64,000 nt of DNA from an uncultured virus (IMG/VR IMGVR_UViG_3300033405_000010) (IMGVR_UViG_3300033405_000010); one strand, 5' to 3'. Shown: positions 46,349-54,685, counted from the first letter of the stretch. Notes: generated from the letters alone by a model not told the origin. Numbers and translations: made by a program.

Positions 46349-47185
46349 ATGACCTGGGATAGCTACCCCCCCGCCATCCATCAAAAGGCGTTGGACCTGT
46401 ATTCGAAGGGCAACACGGCGAAGCAGGTTGGAATCACATTACAGCTTCCCAAGTCTACCGTTCTCCTATGGGTCCATCGGGCAGGACTGCCAAGCCATAA
46501 GCCGAAAAGGAAACTCTCCAACCGGGAGCTTCGTCAGGCCCACGCGGAGTACATCAACGACCGTCTCTCCGCCGAAGCAGTTGGCCGCAAGTACGGGATG
46601 TCGCTGGCCGGAATCCTGAAGAGCTTCAGACGTGCCGGCCTTCGAATCCGTGGGCACGGAGAGAGCCTCGAACTCGATGAATGGACTGCTTCATCCGCCG
46701 TATCGTTCTACAGACATGGACTGTCCGTAGAGGCCACCGGACGACGACTGGGCATTAGCCCCAGCGCCGTCAACAAACTGGCTCACGCGGCCGGGGTCGT
46801 ACGGAACCGGTACGAAACTCGTCGGCGCGTTCGACCCGCGGTGAGGGAACAGTTCTGGAGGATGGTTGAAGCGGGAAGGACGAAGGCAGCAGCCGGCCGC
46901 ACTCTCGGGCTGAGCGCACAGCAGACGTGGAATCTCGTACGGTCGTCTAGGGCCAAGCCCAGCGAAAATAACCGCGCGGGAGGCGGGCTCAACGTTACGG
47001 ACAGGGCGGCTGTGGAGTCTGCCCACCGGGACTATGTTGAATCGGGCGACAGTCTCAAGCGAGTCGCAGCGCGGCATGGATTGTCGGCGACCGGCCTGAC
47101 CTGCGCGTTTCAACGTCTGGGTCTGCCCACCCGGTCTCCCAAGGAAGCGCAACGCCTCCTCGCCAGGAAGCGTTTGATGCCCTAG
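46349..47185 (+). CDS. Multi-HTH repeat DNA-binding protein
   Basis: About five LY..G.S...V...LG-type units; weaker codon bias than its neighbours. Confidence 0.75.
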   Translation: MTWDSYPPAIHQKALDLYSKGNTAKQVGITLQLPKSTVLLWVHRAGLPSHKPKRKLSNRELRQAHAEYINDRLSAEAVGRKYGMSLAGILKSFRRAGLRIRGHGESLELDEWTASSAVSFYRHGLSVEATGRRLGISPSAVNKLAHAAGVVRNRYETRRRVRPAVREQFWRMVEAGRTKAAAGRTLGLSAQQTWNLVRSSRAKPSENNRAGGGLNVTDRAAVESAHRDYVESGDSLKRVAARHGLSATGLTCAFQRLGLPTRSPKEAQRLLARKRLMP

Positions 47186-47258
47186 TGGACCCCCCGGGAC
47201 TCGAACCCGGAATCTCCCACATGCCAAGCGGGTGCGTTTCCGATTGCGCCAGGAGCCC
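47186..47258 (-). tRNA. tRNA-Ala(GGC)
   Basis: Cloverleaf with G3:U70. Confidence 0.9.
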
Positions 47259-47310
47259 GAGTTCCTAGTAATCGCGCAGGTTCAAATATCTGCGGGTGCA
47301 TCCCGTGAGC

Positions 47311-47381
47311 AGCGGGATACCACGAAGGTCGTGGGCCGGCCTCATAAGCCGGGAGCCCAGGTTCGATTCCTGGTTCCGCTA
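47311..47381 (+). tRNA. tRNA-Met(CAU) (A1:U72, initiator-like acceptor)
   Basis: AGCGGGA acceptor; loop CT-CAT-AA; lacks the full GGG/CCC anticodon-stem signature. Confidence 0.85.
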
Positions 47382-47436
47382 TCCGCCGATGGCGCTCACG
47401 AGGAGACGAGGGAAAGTCGGTCGACACGCCGGCGAT

Positions 47437-47511
47437 GCCCTCGTACCTTAGCCTGGACAAAGGAGCCGCCTTCTAAGCGGTGCGTCGTGAGTTCGAATCT
47501 CACCGAGGGCG
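47437..47511 (+). tRNA. tRNA-Arg(UCU)
   Basis: Cloverleaf; loop CT-TCT-AA. Confidence 0.92.
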
Positions 47512-47517
47512 TTCGAC

Positions 47518-47588
47518 GCGCCCGTGGTCTACCGGCATGACGCCACGTTGCCAACGTGGCAGAGCGAGTTCAACTCTCGCCGGGCGCA
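47518..47588 (+). tRNA. tRNA-Gly(GCC)
   Basis: GCG acceptor; loop TT-GCC-AA; A73. Confidence 0.92.
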
Positions 47589-47752
47589 CTGAACGTCCGA
47601 AGTTCGAGGTCATCGTCCGCCGCCCTGGACTCGATGGGTCGTACGCGCTGGGGCCATTCACTCGCCGACGGGCGGCGGAGGTCGTCGCGCTCCTGAAGAT
47701 GCTCACGTTCCCTCCGGACGAGTACGAAATCCGTCCGCTTCCCCCGCTCAAA

Positions 47753-47824
47753 CGCCGCGGGCAGGAGTCGAACCTGCGAACCTCCGGTTAACAGCCGGGC
47801 GCTTAGCCGTTCAGCTTCCGCGGC
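47753..47824 (-). tRNA. tRNA-Asn(GUU)
   Basis: Loop CT-GTT-AA; G73; A8. Confidence 0.88.
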
Positions 47825-47834
47825 AAATGTGAGG

Positions 47835-47908
47835 TGCGGACGCCGGGATTTGAACCCAGACCGTCGGCTTGGAAGGCCGTCGTGCTGCCGGATTGACACC
47901 ACGTCCGC
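47835..47908 (-). tRNA. tRNA-Gly(UCC)
   Basis: Loop CT-TCC-AA. Confidence 0.92.
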
Positions 47909-47909
47909 A

Positions 47910-47981
47910 TAGCCCGAGAGGGAGTCGAACCCCCGCCGAGAACTTGTAGGGTTCCCATGCTCGCCGTTACACCACCGGGCT
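47910..47981 (-). tRNA. tRNA-Val(UAC)
   Basis: Loop CC-TAC-AA (C33). Confidence 0.85.
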
Positions 47982-47992
47982 GTCGGAGTGAA

Positions 47993-48064
47993 TGGACCTG
48001 GCGCGAGTTGAACGCGCAATTCGGAGTTGCGGGCTCCGGAGGTTTCCGATTACCGCACAGGCCC
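47993..48064 (-). tRNA. tRNA-Ala(CGC)
   Basis: G3:U70; loop CC-CGC-AA (C33). Confidence 0.85.
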
Positions 48065-48201
48065 ACGCCCGACGCCCGGTCCCCGATTCGTGGGACCGAG
48101 TTCGGCTACTGCTGCTGCGGCCTCCTGCCGTGCGTGCGCCATTACCCCACCCACGCTCGCACTAGTTCTTAATTCCTCGCTCGTGGGTGGAGGGGCCTGA
48201 T

Positions 48202-48621
48202 ATGAGCTTCCCCAAGGTTCGACTGAAGCACCCACCGCCCGTCCGCCCGAATCCGGAGGAGATGAAGCCGCCCAAGGCCGCGGTCGACCTGCCGCTCGAA
48301 GTCGTACTCCCCGAGAAGATTTACATGGTGACGGAGGCGAACATCCGCGTCCCGCAGGAGGTTCCCGCGGTCTACGAAGACCCGCTCGGACCTGGGCCCG
48401 GCGCCGACCCGAAGACCTACCAGCGGTTGGCAGCCTACCGTCGCGGATGGGTGGACGCGCTCCAGTCGCTGGCCCGGGAACTCGGCTACGAATGGGAGGA
48501 CCTCATCCAGGTCGGTCAGGAGGAGGACAACATGGAGCGCGATGCGCTCATCGACCGCATCGTCAAGCGCCTCCGCGCCGAGAACGAAATGGTCAGCGGG
48601 TTGTCCGCGCTCTTCGGTTGA
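48202..48621 (+). CDS. Hypothetical protein
   Basis: GGAGG upstream; typical codon bias. Confidence 0.7.
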   Translation: MSFPKVRLKHPPPVRPNPEEMKPPKAAVDLPLEVVLPEKIYMVTEANIRVPQEVPAVYEDPLGPGPGADPKTYQRLAAYRRGWVDALQSLARELGYEWEDLIQVGQEEDNMERDALIDRIVKRLRAENEMVSGLSALFG

Positions 48622-48623
48622 GG

Positions 48624-48695
48624 GGCCTCCGCCGAGGGTTGAACTCGGCCCCGCGGCTTCACAGACCGCTGTGCACCCGCTACACTACGGAGGCC
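48624..48695 (-). tRNA. tRNA-His(GUG)
   Basis: Encoded G-1 and C73; loop CT-GTG-AA. Confidence 0.9.
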
Positions 48696-48713
48696 ACGCG
48701 AATGGGTTCTCCA

Positions 48714-48785
48714 TAGCCCCGCCCGGAGTCGAACCGAGTTCTGCACTTTCAAGGAGTGCCGAGATTGCCGTCTCTCCCCGGGGCT
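48714..48785 (-). tRNA. tRNA-Gln(UUG)
   Basis: A1:U72; loop CC-TTG-AA (C33); G8. Confidence 0.85.
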
Positions 48786-48787
48786 GC

Positions 48788-48864
48788 TGGTAGCCCCGGG
48801 AGGATTCGAACCCCCACAATCCTCGGCCAGAACGAGGTAGCCTTTCCGATTAGCCAACGGGGCT
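48788..48864 (-). tRNA. tRNA-Gln(CUG), CCA encoded
   Basis: A1:U72; loop TT-CTG-GC. Confidence 0.88.
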
Positions 48865-48946
48865 ATGTTCAGCAGCTATGCTGAAGGCCGCGCTGTTGGC
48901 CGGGGTCGGAACGGCGGAACGCCATCGTCCACCCATGACCGCACGA

Positions 48947-48958
48947 GGGCTTAAATCC
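48947..48958 (+). promoter_or_regulatory. Promoter-like motif GGGCTTAAATCC (also 49800-49811, 50972-50983)
   Basis: Identical 12-mer 20-23 nt before three consecutive start codons. Confidence 0.75.
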
Positions 48959-48978
48959 ATAGGGTCCGCTCACCGGGC

Positions 48979-49794
48979 GTGGTCGGCAAGTTCAAGCTCG
49001 GCAAGAAACCGAAGCGCGTAGACCCGCGAACACTCCAACTGAAGAAGTACCTGAAGCCCGAGGCTTTGCCCGCGCCCCCGGCTTCCGTCGACTGGTCCGA
49101 GAAGATGGGACCGCTCGGCGCGATGCTCAACGACACGCTTGGCGACTGCACCTGCGCGGCCGTCGGGCACTGCATCCAGGAGTGGACGTCCGACACCGAG
49201 GCGGCACCGGTCATCCTGCCCGACTCGACCATCCTGTCGTTCTACGAGGCGGTCAGCGGCTACAACCCCACGACGGGCGCGAACGACGACGGAGCGGTCG
49301 TCCTCGACGTCCTGAACTACTGGCGTCAGAACGGCGTCGGCGGCGACACGCTCAACGCCTACGCGGAGGTCGAGGTCGACCAACAGATGGTCGAGACGGC
49401 CACGGACATCTTCGGCAACACCTACCTCGGGCTCCAGATGCCGTTGTCGGCCCAGGGCCAGACGACATGGACGGTTCCACCCGGTGGGGCCACGGGCAAC
49501 GGGGCTCCCGGCTCCTGGGGCGGACATGCGGTCCCGGTCGTCGCCTACGACGCGAACGGGGTCACGGTCATCTCCTGGGGAGCACGGTATCAGGCGACCT
49601 GGGCGTTCGTTACGACGTACTGTGACGAAGCGTACGCGCTCATCGACACGGATTGGCTCGCTCAGGGCGAAGCGCCCTCCGGCGTCGACCTCGCCCAACT
49701 TCAGTCCGACCTCTCAGCGGTCACCGAGAGTCCGGCCGAGTCCTGGTGGGCTGCCATCGTCCGCTTCATCAAGTGGCTGTTCAGTTGGGTCTGA
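48979..49794 (+). CDS. Papain-like (C1-related) cysteine peptidase A
   Basis: NDTLGDCTCAAVGH ... GGHAVPVVAYD ... ISWG ... DEAYA. Confidence 0.8.
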   Translation: MVGKFKLGKKPKRVDPRTLQLKKYLKPEALPAPPASVDWSEKMGPLGAMLNDTLGDCTCAAVGHCIQEWTSDTEAAPVILPDSTILSFYEAVSGYNPTTGANDDGAVVLDVLNYWRQNGVGGDTLNAYAEVEVDQQMVETATDIFGNTYLGLQMPLSAQGQTTWTVPPGGATGNGAPGSWGGHAVPVVAYDANGVTVISWGARYQATWAFVTTYCDEAYALIDTDWLAQGEAPSGVDLAQLQSDLSAVTESPAESWWAAIVRFIKWLFSWV

Positions 49795-49832
49795 GACCAG
49801 GGCTTAAATCCGCCGAACCGGGTGGCTGGGTC

Positions 49833-50972
49833 ATGCCACCGAAGTTCCGCCTGGGCAAGAAGCCACCCCGCCTCGACAAGCGGACCCTGAAGTTCGGAAA
49901 GTACCTCACCGCGGCCCTTCCTTCTCCGCCCGCGACGGTCACGTACTACACGGCGGTCTCGACATGGCCCATGATGGGGAACGACACCTACGGCGACTGC
50001 ACCTGCGCCGCTGCGGGCCACCTTGTCGAACAGTGGACACAGCAGGCCGACGGGACGCCGGAAATCATCCCCGATGCCGACATCCTCGCGGCGTACAACG
50101 TCGTGGACGGTGGCGTGGACCAAGGCGCGGACATGCTGACGGTCCTCCAGTACTGGCAGAACACGGGCATCCCGACCACGACCACGCCGGACAAGATTGG
50201 TGCGTACGCTTCCGTCACTGTCAGCAATCAGACCGAGGTCCAGGACGCCGTCGCCATCTTCGGCGGCTGCTACATCGGCCTCGCCCTCCCCGACTACGCG
50301 GTCAATCCGCCGGACGGGAACCTCCTCGACGTGGACTGGACCGCGGTCCCCGCCGGAGGCTTCGCTGCGAACCCGCCCGACCCGGACAACGGCCACTGCG
50401 TCCCCATCGTCGGCTACGACGCGAACAACGTCTACGTCATCACATGGGGCACGGTGAAGGCGATGTCCTGGGCCTTCTTCTACGCCTACGCGGACGAGGC
50501 GTACGCCATCCTCTCGCCCGACTGGCTGAGCGCGCAGGGCACGTCCATCGAGGGGTTCAACATGGCCCAACTCCAGGCCGACCTCGCGGCGATTGGCTCC
50601 GCCCCGCCGGTCGTCACACCGCCGGCGCCCACACCCACGCCGACCCCCACACCGACGCCGGGGCCTACGCCCCCCATCACACCCCCGGCCTCTGTCGTCT
50701 CGAACACGGCCTACGTCAAGGAGACGCCCACCACCGGCGGGACGTCAAGCATCCGCATCCGGCTGAGGCCGCGCACAGTCGGACCTACGGGCGGCGAAGT
50801 CGTGGTCACAGCGACCACCAACCTCCCCGACGGGACGACCCTGAACGTCCTGGTGAACGGCGTCCAGAGCGGGACCGCGACCGTGTCCGAGGGAGTTGCC
50901 CTGTTCGCCGTGACCATTCCCGCCAGCACGGCGCAAAGTACGGTCGACATCCCCGTCGTGGTCACGAACTAG
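49833..50972 (+). CDS. Papain-like cysteine peptidase B with Pro/Thr linker and C-terminal beta domain
   Basis: NDTYGDCTCAAAGH ... GHCVPIVGYD ... TWG; PTPTPTP linker. Confidence 0.8.
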   Translation: MPPKFRLGKKPPRLDKRTLKFGKYLTAALPSPPATVTYYTAVSTWPMMGNDTYGDCTCAAAGHLVEQWTQQADGTPEIIPDADILAAYNVVDGGVDQGADMLTVLQYWQNTGIPTTTTPDKIGAYASVTVSNQTEVQDAVAIFGGCYIGLALPDYAVNPPDGNLLDVDWTAVPAGGFAANPPDPDNGHCVPIVGYDANNVYVITWGTVKAMSWAFFYAYADEAYAILSPDWLSAQGTSIEGFNMAQLQADLAAIGSAPPVVTPPAPTPTPTPTPTPGPTPPITPPASVVSNTAYVKETPTTGGTSSIRIRLRPRTVGPTGGEVVVTATTNLPDGTTLNVLVNGVQSGTATVSEGVALFAVTIPASTAQSTVDIPVVVTN

Positions 50973-51006
50973 GGCTTAAATCCCGGAGACCGGGTGGGAG
51001 GGGCGT

Positions 51007-51294
51007 ATGGCAGCCCCTGGCTCAGTCCTCAGCAACGTCGTGACGGTGACAGAAGCAGCGGCCCCGTTCACCATCGCCATCACCGCGACCCCGCTCACGC
51101 TCCCGTACACGGGCGGTGCCGTCACCATCCTAGTGACGACCAACCTCCCCGATGGGACGACCCTCAACCTACTGGCGAACGGCGCTCAGATTGACAGCAC
51201 CACTTCGACTGGCGGAGCGGCGGCTTTCACGGAAACAGTCGCGGCCAACACCACGACCACGGCGATTTCGATTGCCTATCAGGTCACGAACTAG
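51007..51294 (+). CDS. Stand-alone copy of the peptidase B C-terminal beta domain
   Basis: Shared TGG.V...TTNLPDGTTLN.L.NG...VTN. Confidence 0.75.
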   Translation: MAAPGSVLSNVVTVTEAAAPFTIAITATPLTLPYTGGAVTILVTTNLPDGTTLNLLANGAQIDSTTSTGGAAAFTETVAANTTTTAISIAYQVTN

Positions 51295-51303
51295 GCTCGG
51301 CCG

Positions 51304-51510
51304 ATGGCCGTCGCGTCCAACGTCGTGACCGTGACGCTGGAAGCCGGGCCGGAGTCCGACCGGCAAATCCTGCTGCGGGTCATCCACCTGCTGCGGAACA
51401 TCGCGCGCTACATCCGTAACCACCCCGAGGACATCGACCGGGCGAAAATCCTGGAGGCCCTGGACAAGGTCGAGGAAGTCCTCAAGCGGTTGGCCGATAG
51501 CGAAGGATAA
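51304..51510 (+). CDS. Small hypothetical protein
   Basis: Shares SNVVTVT with the upstream gene. Confidence 0.6.
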   Translation: MAVASNVVTVTLEAGPESDRQILLRVIHLLRNIARYIRNHPEDIDRAKILEALDKVEEVLKRLADSEG

Positions 51511-52609
51511 CGCCGAGGCCCCCGAAGCCCTTCAGGAACTCCGCGCCCGACGCGCCCTCCTCAGCGAGGAGGTGCACCGGCACGCCCTGGCCCACGGCGA
51601 CATCCACCACGTCGTGGAATCGGGAGTCGACGCCTTCGTAGAGGACGAGCGCGCTCGCGCGCCGCTCTTCGAGGGCCCGCAGCACCTCAGCATGGCCGTA
51701 CTCGGCCAGCCCCTGGCGCACCGCATCTGCGAACTTCGTCACTACGATTTGGTCCTTTTGTAGTGACAAATGTGCGAGAAGGTCTCCCGCGGAGCGGACC
51801 AACTCCTGGAGCCCGAACTCGTTGGTGTAGCTGACGTCCACGAGCGGGCGGAGAACCTTCCGGACCAGGCGGTAGTCCATAAACTCACCTTCCGCCCACT
51901 GACGCTTTGTGTCCCCGGGTCCGCCGATGAGCACCCCGTCCAGCCTGTCGACCTGGTCGAGGAACGAGCGGTTCGCCATGTCCCCGATTTTCACGAAGAA
52001 CTCGTGCGCCGCCTGCTCCGTCTGCCGTTCCCACCGGTGCTGGGACTGGCCTCCCGCGTCGTGCTTCGGCGGGACGTGGCTCTCCTTCGAGTCCAACTCG
52101 ATGACCCGCGAGCCGCGGAGGAGCCCGAGCGTGACCTCCTTCCGGTCGAGGACGATGAGAGCGTACTGTGCCTTATCCTCCAACTGCTCGCGCAGCGGGT
52201 CGAGCATGAACTTCGGACCGCAGAAGTAGACCTCCCGAAGGAATGGCTCGGACGGCTCCACGACACGGACCGATTCGGGGCTCGCGTAGACGGCGAGGCC
52301 GTTCGAGGGAGTAAAGCGGTACTGACGCAGGGTCGAGAGGACCTTCTGGAGGGAGTCAAGGACGCCCATCCGCGTGGTGCGGCTCTTGATGTTCGCCGCC
52401 TGGGTCAGTTCGTCGGCGATACGCTTCTGCGCGTCGAGGATGTTGCGCGTGGGCGGCAGGACAAGCGAGACCAGTTCGGTCGCCCGTCCCTCCTCCGACT
52501 CAAGGTCGTGGAGGAGGCGGCGGAGTCAGATGCGACCGCGGGCGTCCGTGGCGTCGGGAGGCATCCCGGGCCCTTTGGCGGAGCCCTGCCGATTCGGCTC
52601 TGAACTCAT
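51482..52609 (-). CDS. prf1: Archaeal-type class-1 peptide chain release factor (aRF1) with in-frame UGA at 52526-52528
   Basis: One frame: MSSEPN...RGRI*LRRLLHDLESEEGRATELVSLVLPP...AANIKS...YFCGPKF...AGGQS...GFGGLGVILRY. Confidence 0.88.
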
Positions 52610-52678
52610 CGTTCCTGTGCCTCCCGATTCAGGATGGCCCTCGCAATATATAAATATCACCGGGCCGATGGTCGAGTA

Positions 52679-52793
52679 GGCACGGCCGCGGTCCGCAAGG
52701 CAACAAAGGTAGGTTCGACTAGTAGCTCCAAGCCGAGTCGAGCGGACCGAGAGGAGGATGGGCTCCGCGGGGCGGCTCCTCCGAAGCTGTGCC
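52679..52793 (+). ncRNA. Putative three-way-junction ncRNA divergent from aRF1
   Basis: GGCACGGC/GCTGTGCC, CGGTCCGC/GCGGACCG, TCGACT/AGTCGA and GAGGAG/CTCCTC helices; starts about 23 nt after TATATAAATA. Confidence 0.5.
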
Positions 52794-52835
52794 CGCCCCC
52801 ACGCTCTTATAGCGAGAGGTGGGTAGCGCCGGCCG

Positions 52836-53441
52836 ATGGCGTCTCTCAGTCGCTTCAAGGATTACGCTCTCGCCGCAGGTGTGATTGCCGCCCTGATTCT
52901 CGGGGGCATCGGAACGTATGCTTACGCGAACCCGGGCACACACCAGACGAACACCGTGAACACGGTTTGGGACAATCAGACCATCCAGCACAACTCGACC
53001 GTCTATCGCAACACGACGGTCAACACGACGACGCCGATTTGGCACAACACCACGGTCTGGGTCAACACGACGCACTGGGACAACACGACCAACACGGTCT
53101 ACCGCAACAGCACGGTCTACGTCAACACGACCATCATCGAACTCATCCCGGTGGTCAACGTGACGGGCATCTTCGTGAACTACACGAACGCCACGCTCGG
53201 CGTCAACGCGACCGTGCCGATTCCCGAGAACTACTCGCTCCCGGTCGGGACGGTGACCTGGGTCCTCGTGACTGTCAACGTGACCAAGTGCTGCCCGCAG
53301 TACGACATCACGGTCAACGCGCCCTGGGTCCTGCTCTCCGACCGCGACTGCTCCACGCCTGAGACCATCACGGTCGACGTCCTGCTGGGCGTTCCGTACT
53401 GGCCCGGGACCTACCCCATCGACCTGACGGTGTCGAAGTGA
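52836..53441 (+). CDS. Membrane-anchored, N-glycosylation-sequon-rich surface protein
   Basis: N-terminal hydrophobic helix; 15 NxT/S sequons in 201 aa. Confidence 0.8.
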   Translation: MASLSRFKDYALAAGVIAALILGGIGTYAYANPGTHQTNTVNTVWDNQTIQHNSTVYRNTTVNTTTPIWHNTTVWVNTTHWDNTTNTVYRNSTVYVNTTIIELIPVVNVTGIFVNYTNATLGVNATVPIPENYSLPVGTVTWVLVTVNVTKCCPQYDITVNAPWVLLSDRDCSTPETITVDVLLGVPYWPGTYPIDLTVSK

Positions 53442-53719
53442 TGAAGTGGAACCCGCTGGACCCCGAACTCCTCGCGCAGGAGGTCCACGGCGCCATCGGG
53501 TTCGGCTTCCTGGTCGCGGTCTACTACCGTGTCTTTCACCCGTACGGGATGACGTGGTTCGTGGCCGCCATCGCGGCCCTGCTCATCGTCGTGCTCGTCA
53601 AGGAAGCGTTCTGGGACCCGGTCCACGAACAGGACCAACCGTTCTGGCCCGAGGGCGTCCAGGACTTCACGTTCTACGTGATTGGAATCCTCATCGGCCT
53701 CCTCTTCGTCATGCTATGA
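53438..53719 (+). CDS. Small 3-TM membrane protein
   Basis: Hydrophobic; VKEAFWD motif. Confidence 0.7.
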   Translation: MMKWNPLDPELLAQEVHGAIGFGFLVAVYYRVFHPYGMTWFVAAIAALLIVVLVKEAFWDPVHEQDQPFWPEGVQDFTFYVIGILIGLLFVML

Positions 53720-54064
53720 CCAGCCGATGGATGGTCCCCAACCCGGCGACGCGCCGGCGCGACCGCTACGTCCTCTTCGCGCTCGGCATCGCGGGCGTGC
53801 TGCTGATTGCGGTCGCCTACCTCTACCCCTGAAGCTCTATATCCCAGGAGTCGAATAGAGTCGCTGCATGGCGCAAGCCCGCGAACCTACGCGGTTATCG
53901 AAACGATAACCCGTAGGTGAGGACAAACGAGCGGCGCGCGAAGGCACTACAAGACGTTCTGTTCCCGACTGAACCGGTACGTGAAGTACCGGAACCCGAA
54001 GGGCCACCCGAACCCCAAGGCCCCCTGCCGGCGTAACCACAAGGGTCGGGAGGTGCGCCCGTAG

Positions 54065-54343
54065 ATGTTCGGGCGTCGCCTCCGCCAGGCGCAGCGCATC
54101 GCGCGGCACCGGTACTGCGTGCAGCTATGGCCGTACCTCTACCGTACGATGCCGGCCGACTTCAACCCGTACCGCCGCCAGGTTGTGGGATTCGCGGTGC
54201 TGCGGTGGACGACCACGCCGGTCGGTCACTACCGCAAGTCCAACGGCGCGCACGGCCGGTGGTGCTGCACCGCCGCCGAGTACGCGAAGATGAAGGGGTG
54301 GCGGAAGCGTCGCGCGATGTGGCTCCGCGCGATGGTGGAGTAG
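54065..54343 (+). CDS. Basic hypothetical protein
   Basis: GGAGGT upstream. Confidence 0.6.
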   Translation: MFGRRLRQAQRIARHRYCVQLWPYLYRTMPADFNPYRRQVVGFAVLRWTTTPVGHYRKSNGAHGRWCCTAAEYAKMKGWRKRRAMWLRAMVE

Positions 54344-54358
54344 TATCCCAAGAGGATA

Positions 54359-54685
54359 CTAGTAGCCGAGGTTCGGGAACTGCTCGCGCATCCTCTCGGT
54401 GAGCGCCCGCGCGACCCACCGCGAGAAGTTGAACCCCGGCATCGCGTTCCGGACCGCATCCATGTCGTCGGCGGTCCCGCGGTCGAGCGACACCGTCGTC
54501 CGCTTGAGCGGGACGTTCGCCGAGGTCATCCCGGTCGGCCAGTCGCGCCGCATCGAGTGGCGGTCCTCGTACCATGCTCGCCGGATGAACTCGGACAGGT
54601 TGAGTTGCCCCTGGAAGTACTGCAAGGTCTGCCAGTAGGGCAGCGGAAGCATCACTGTCCGCTGAATCCCGCCGGCGCCTCTCAT
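54359..54685 (-). CDS. Tandem RHH-like regulator, paralog of 35196-35567
   Basis: LNLSEFIRRAW...RDWP.G...TTVSLD...FNFSRWV. Confidence 0.7.
   Translation of the reverse strand: MRGAGGIQRTVMLPLPYWQTLQYFQGQLNLSEFIRRAWYEDRHSMRRDWPTGMTSANVPLKRTTVSLDRGTADDMDAVRNAMPGFNFSRWVARALTERMREQFPNLGY

Noticed and set aside
47589..47752. Coding-like stretch between tRNA-Gly and tRNA-Asn
   Set aside because: Start and stop would fall inside tRNA genes; at most a gene remnant
51482..52609. Genome-wide reassignment of UGA or UAG
   Set aside because: Both end many clear genes, including aRF1 itself (TGA); no suppressor tRNA was found among the 17
52679..52793. 5S rRNA
   Set aside because: Lacks the conserved CCGAAC loop and loop E motifs; kept only as an unknown ncRNA
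53920..54064. Hammerhead ribozyme or small CDS
   Set aside because: The CUGAnGA core is absent, and the best codon-biased frame has no start codon
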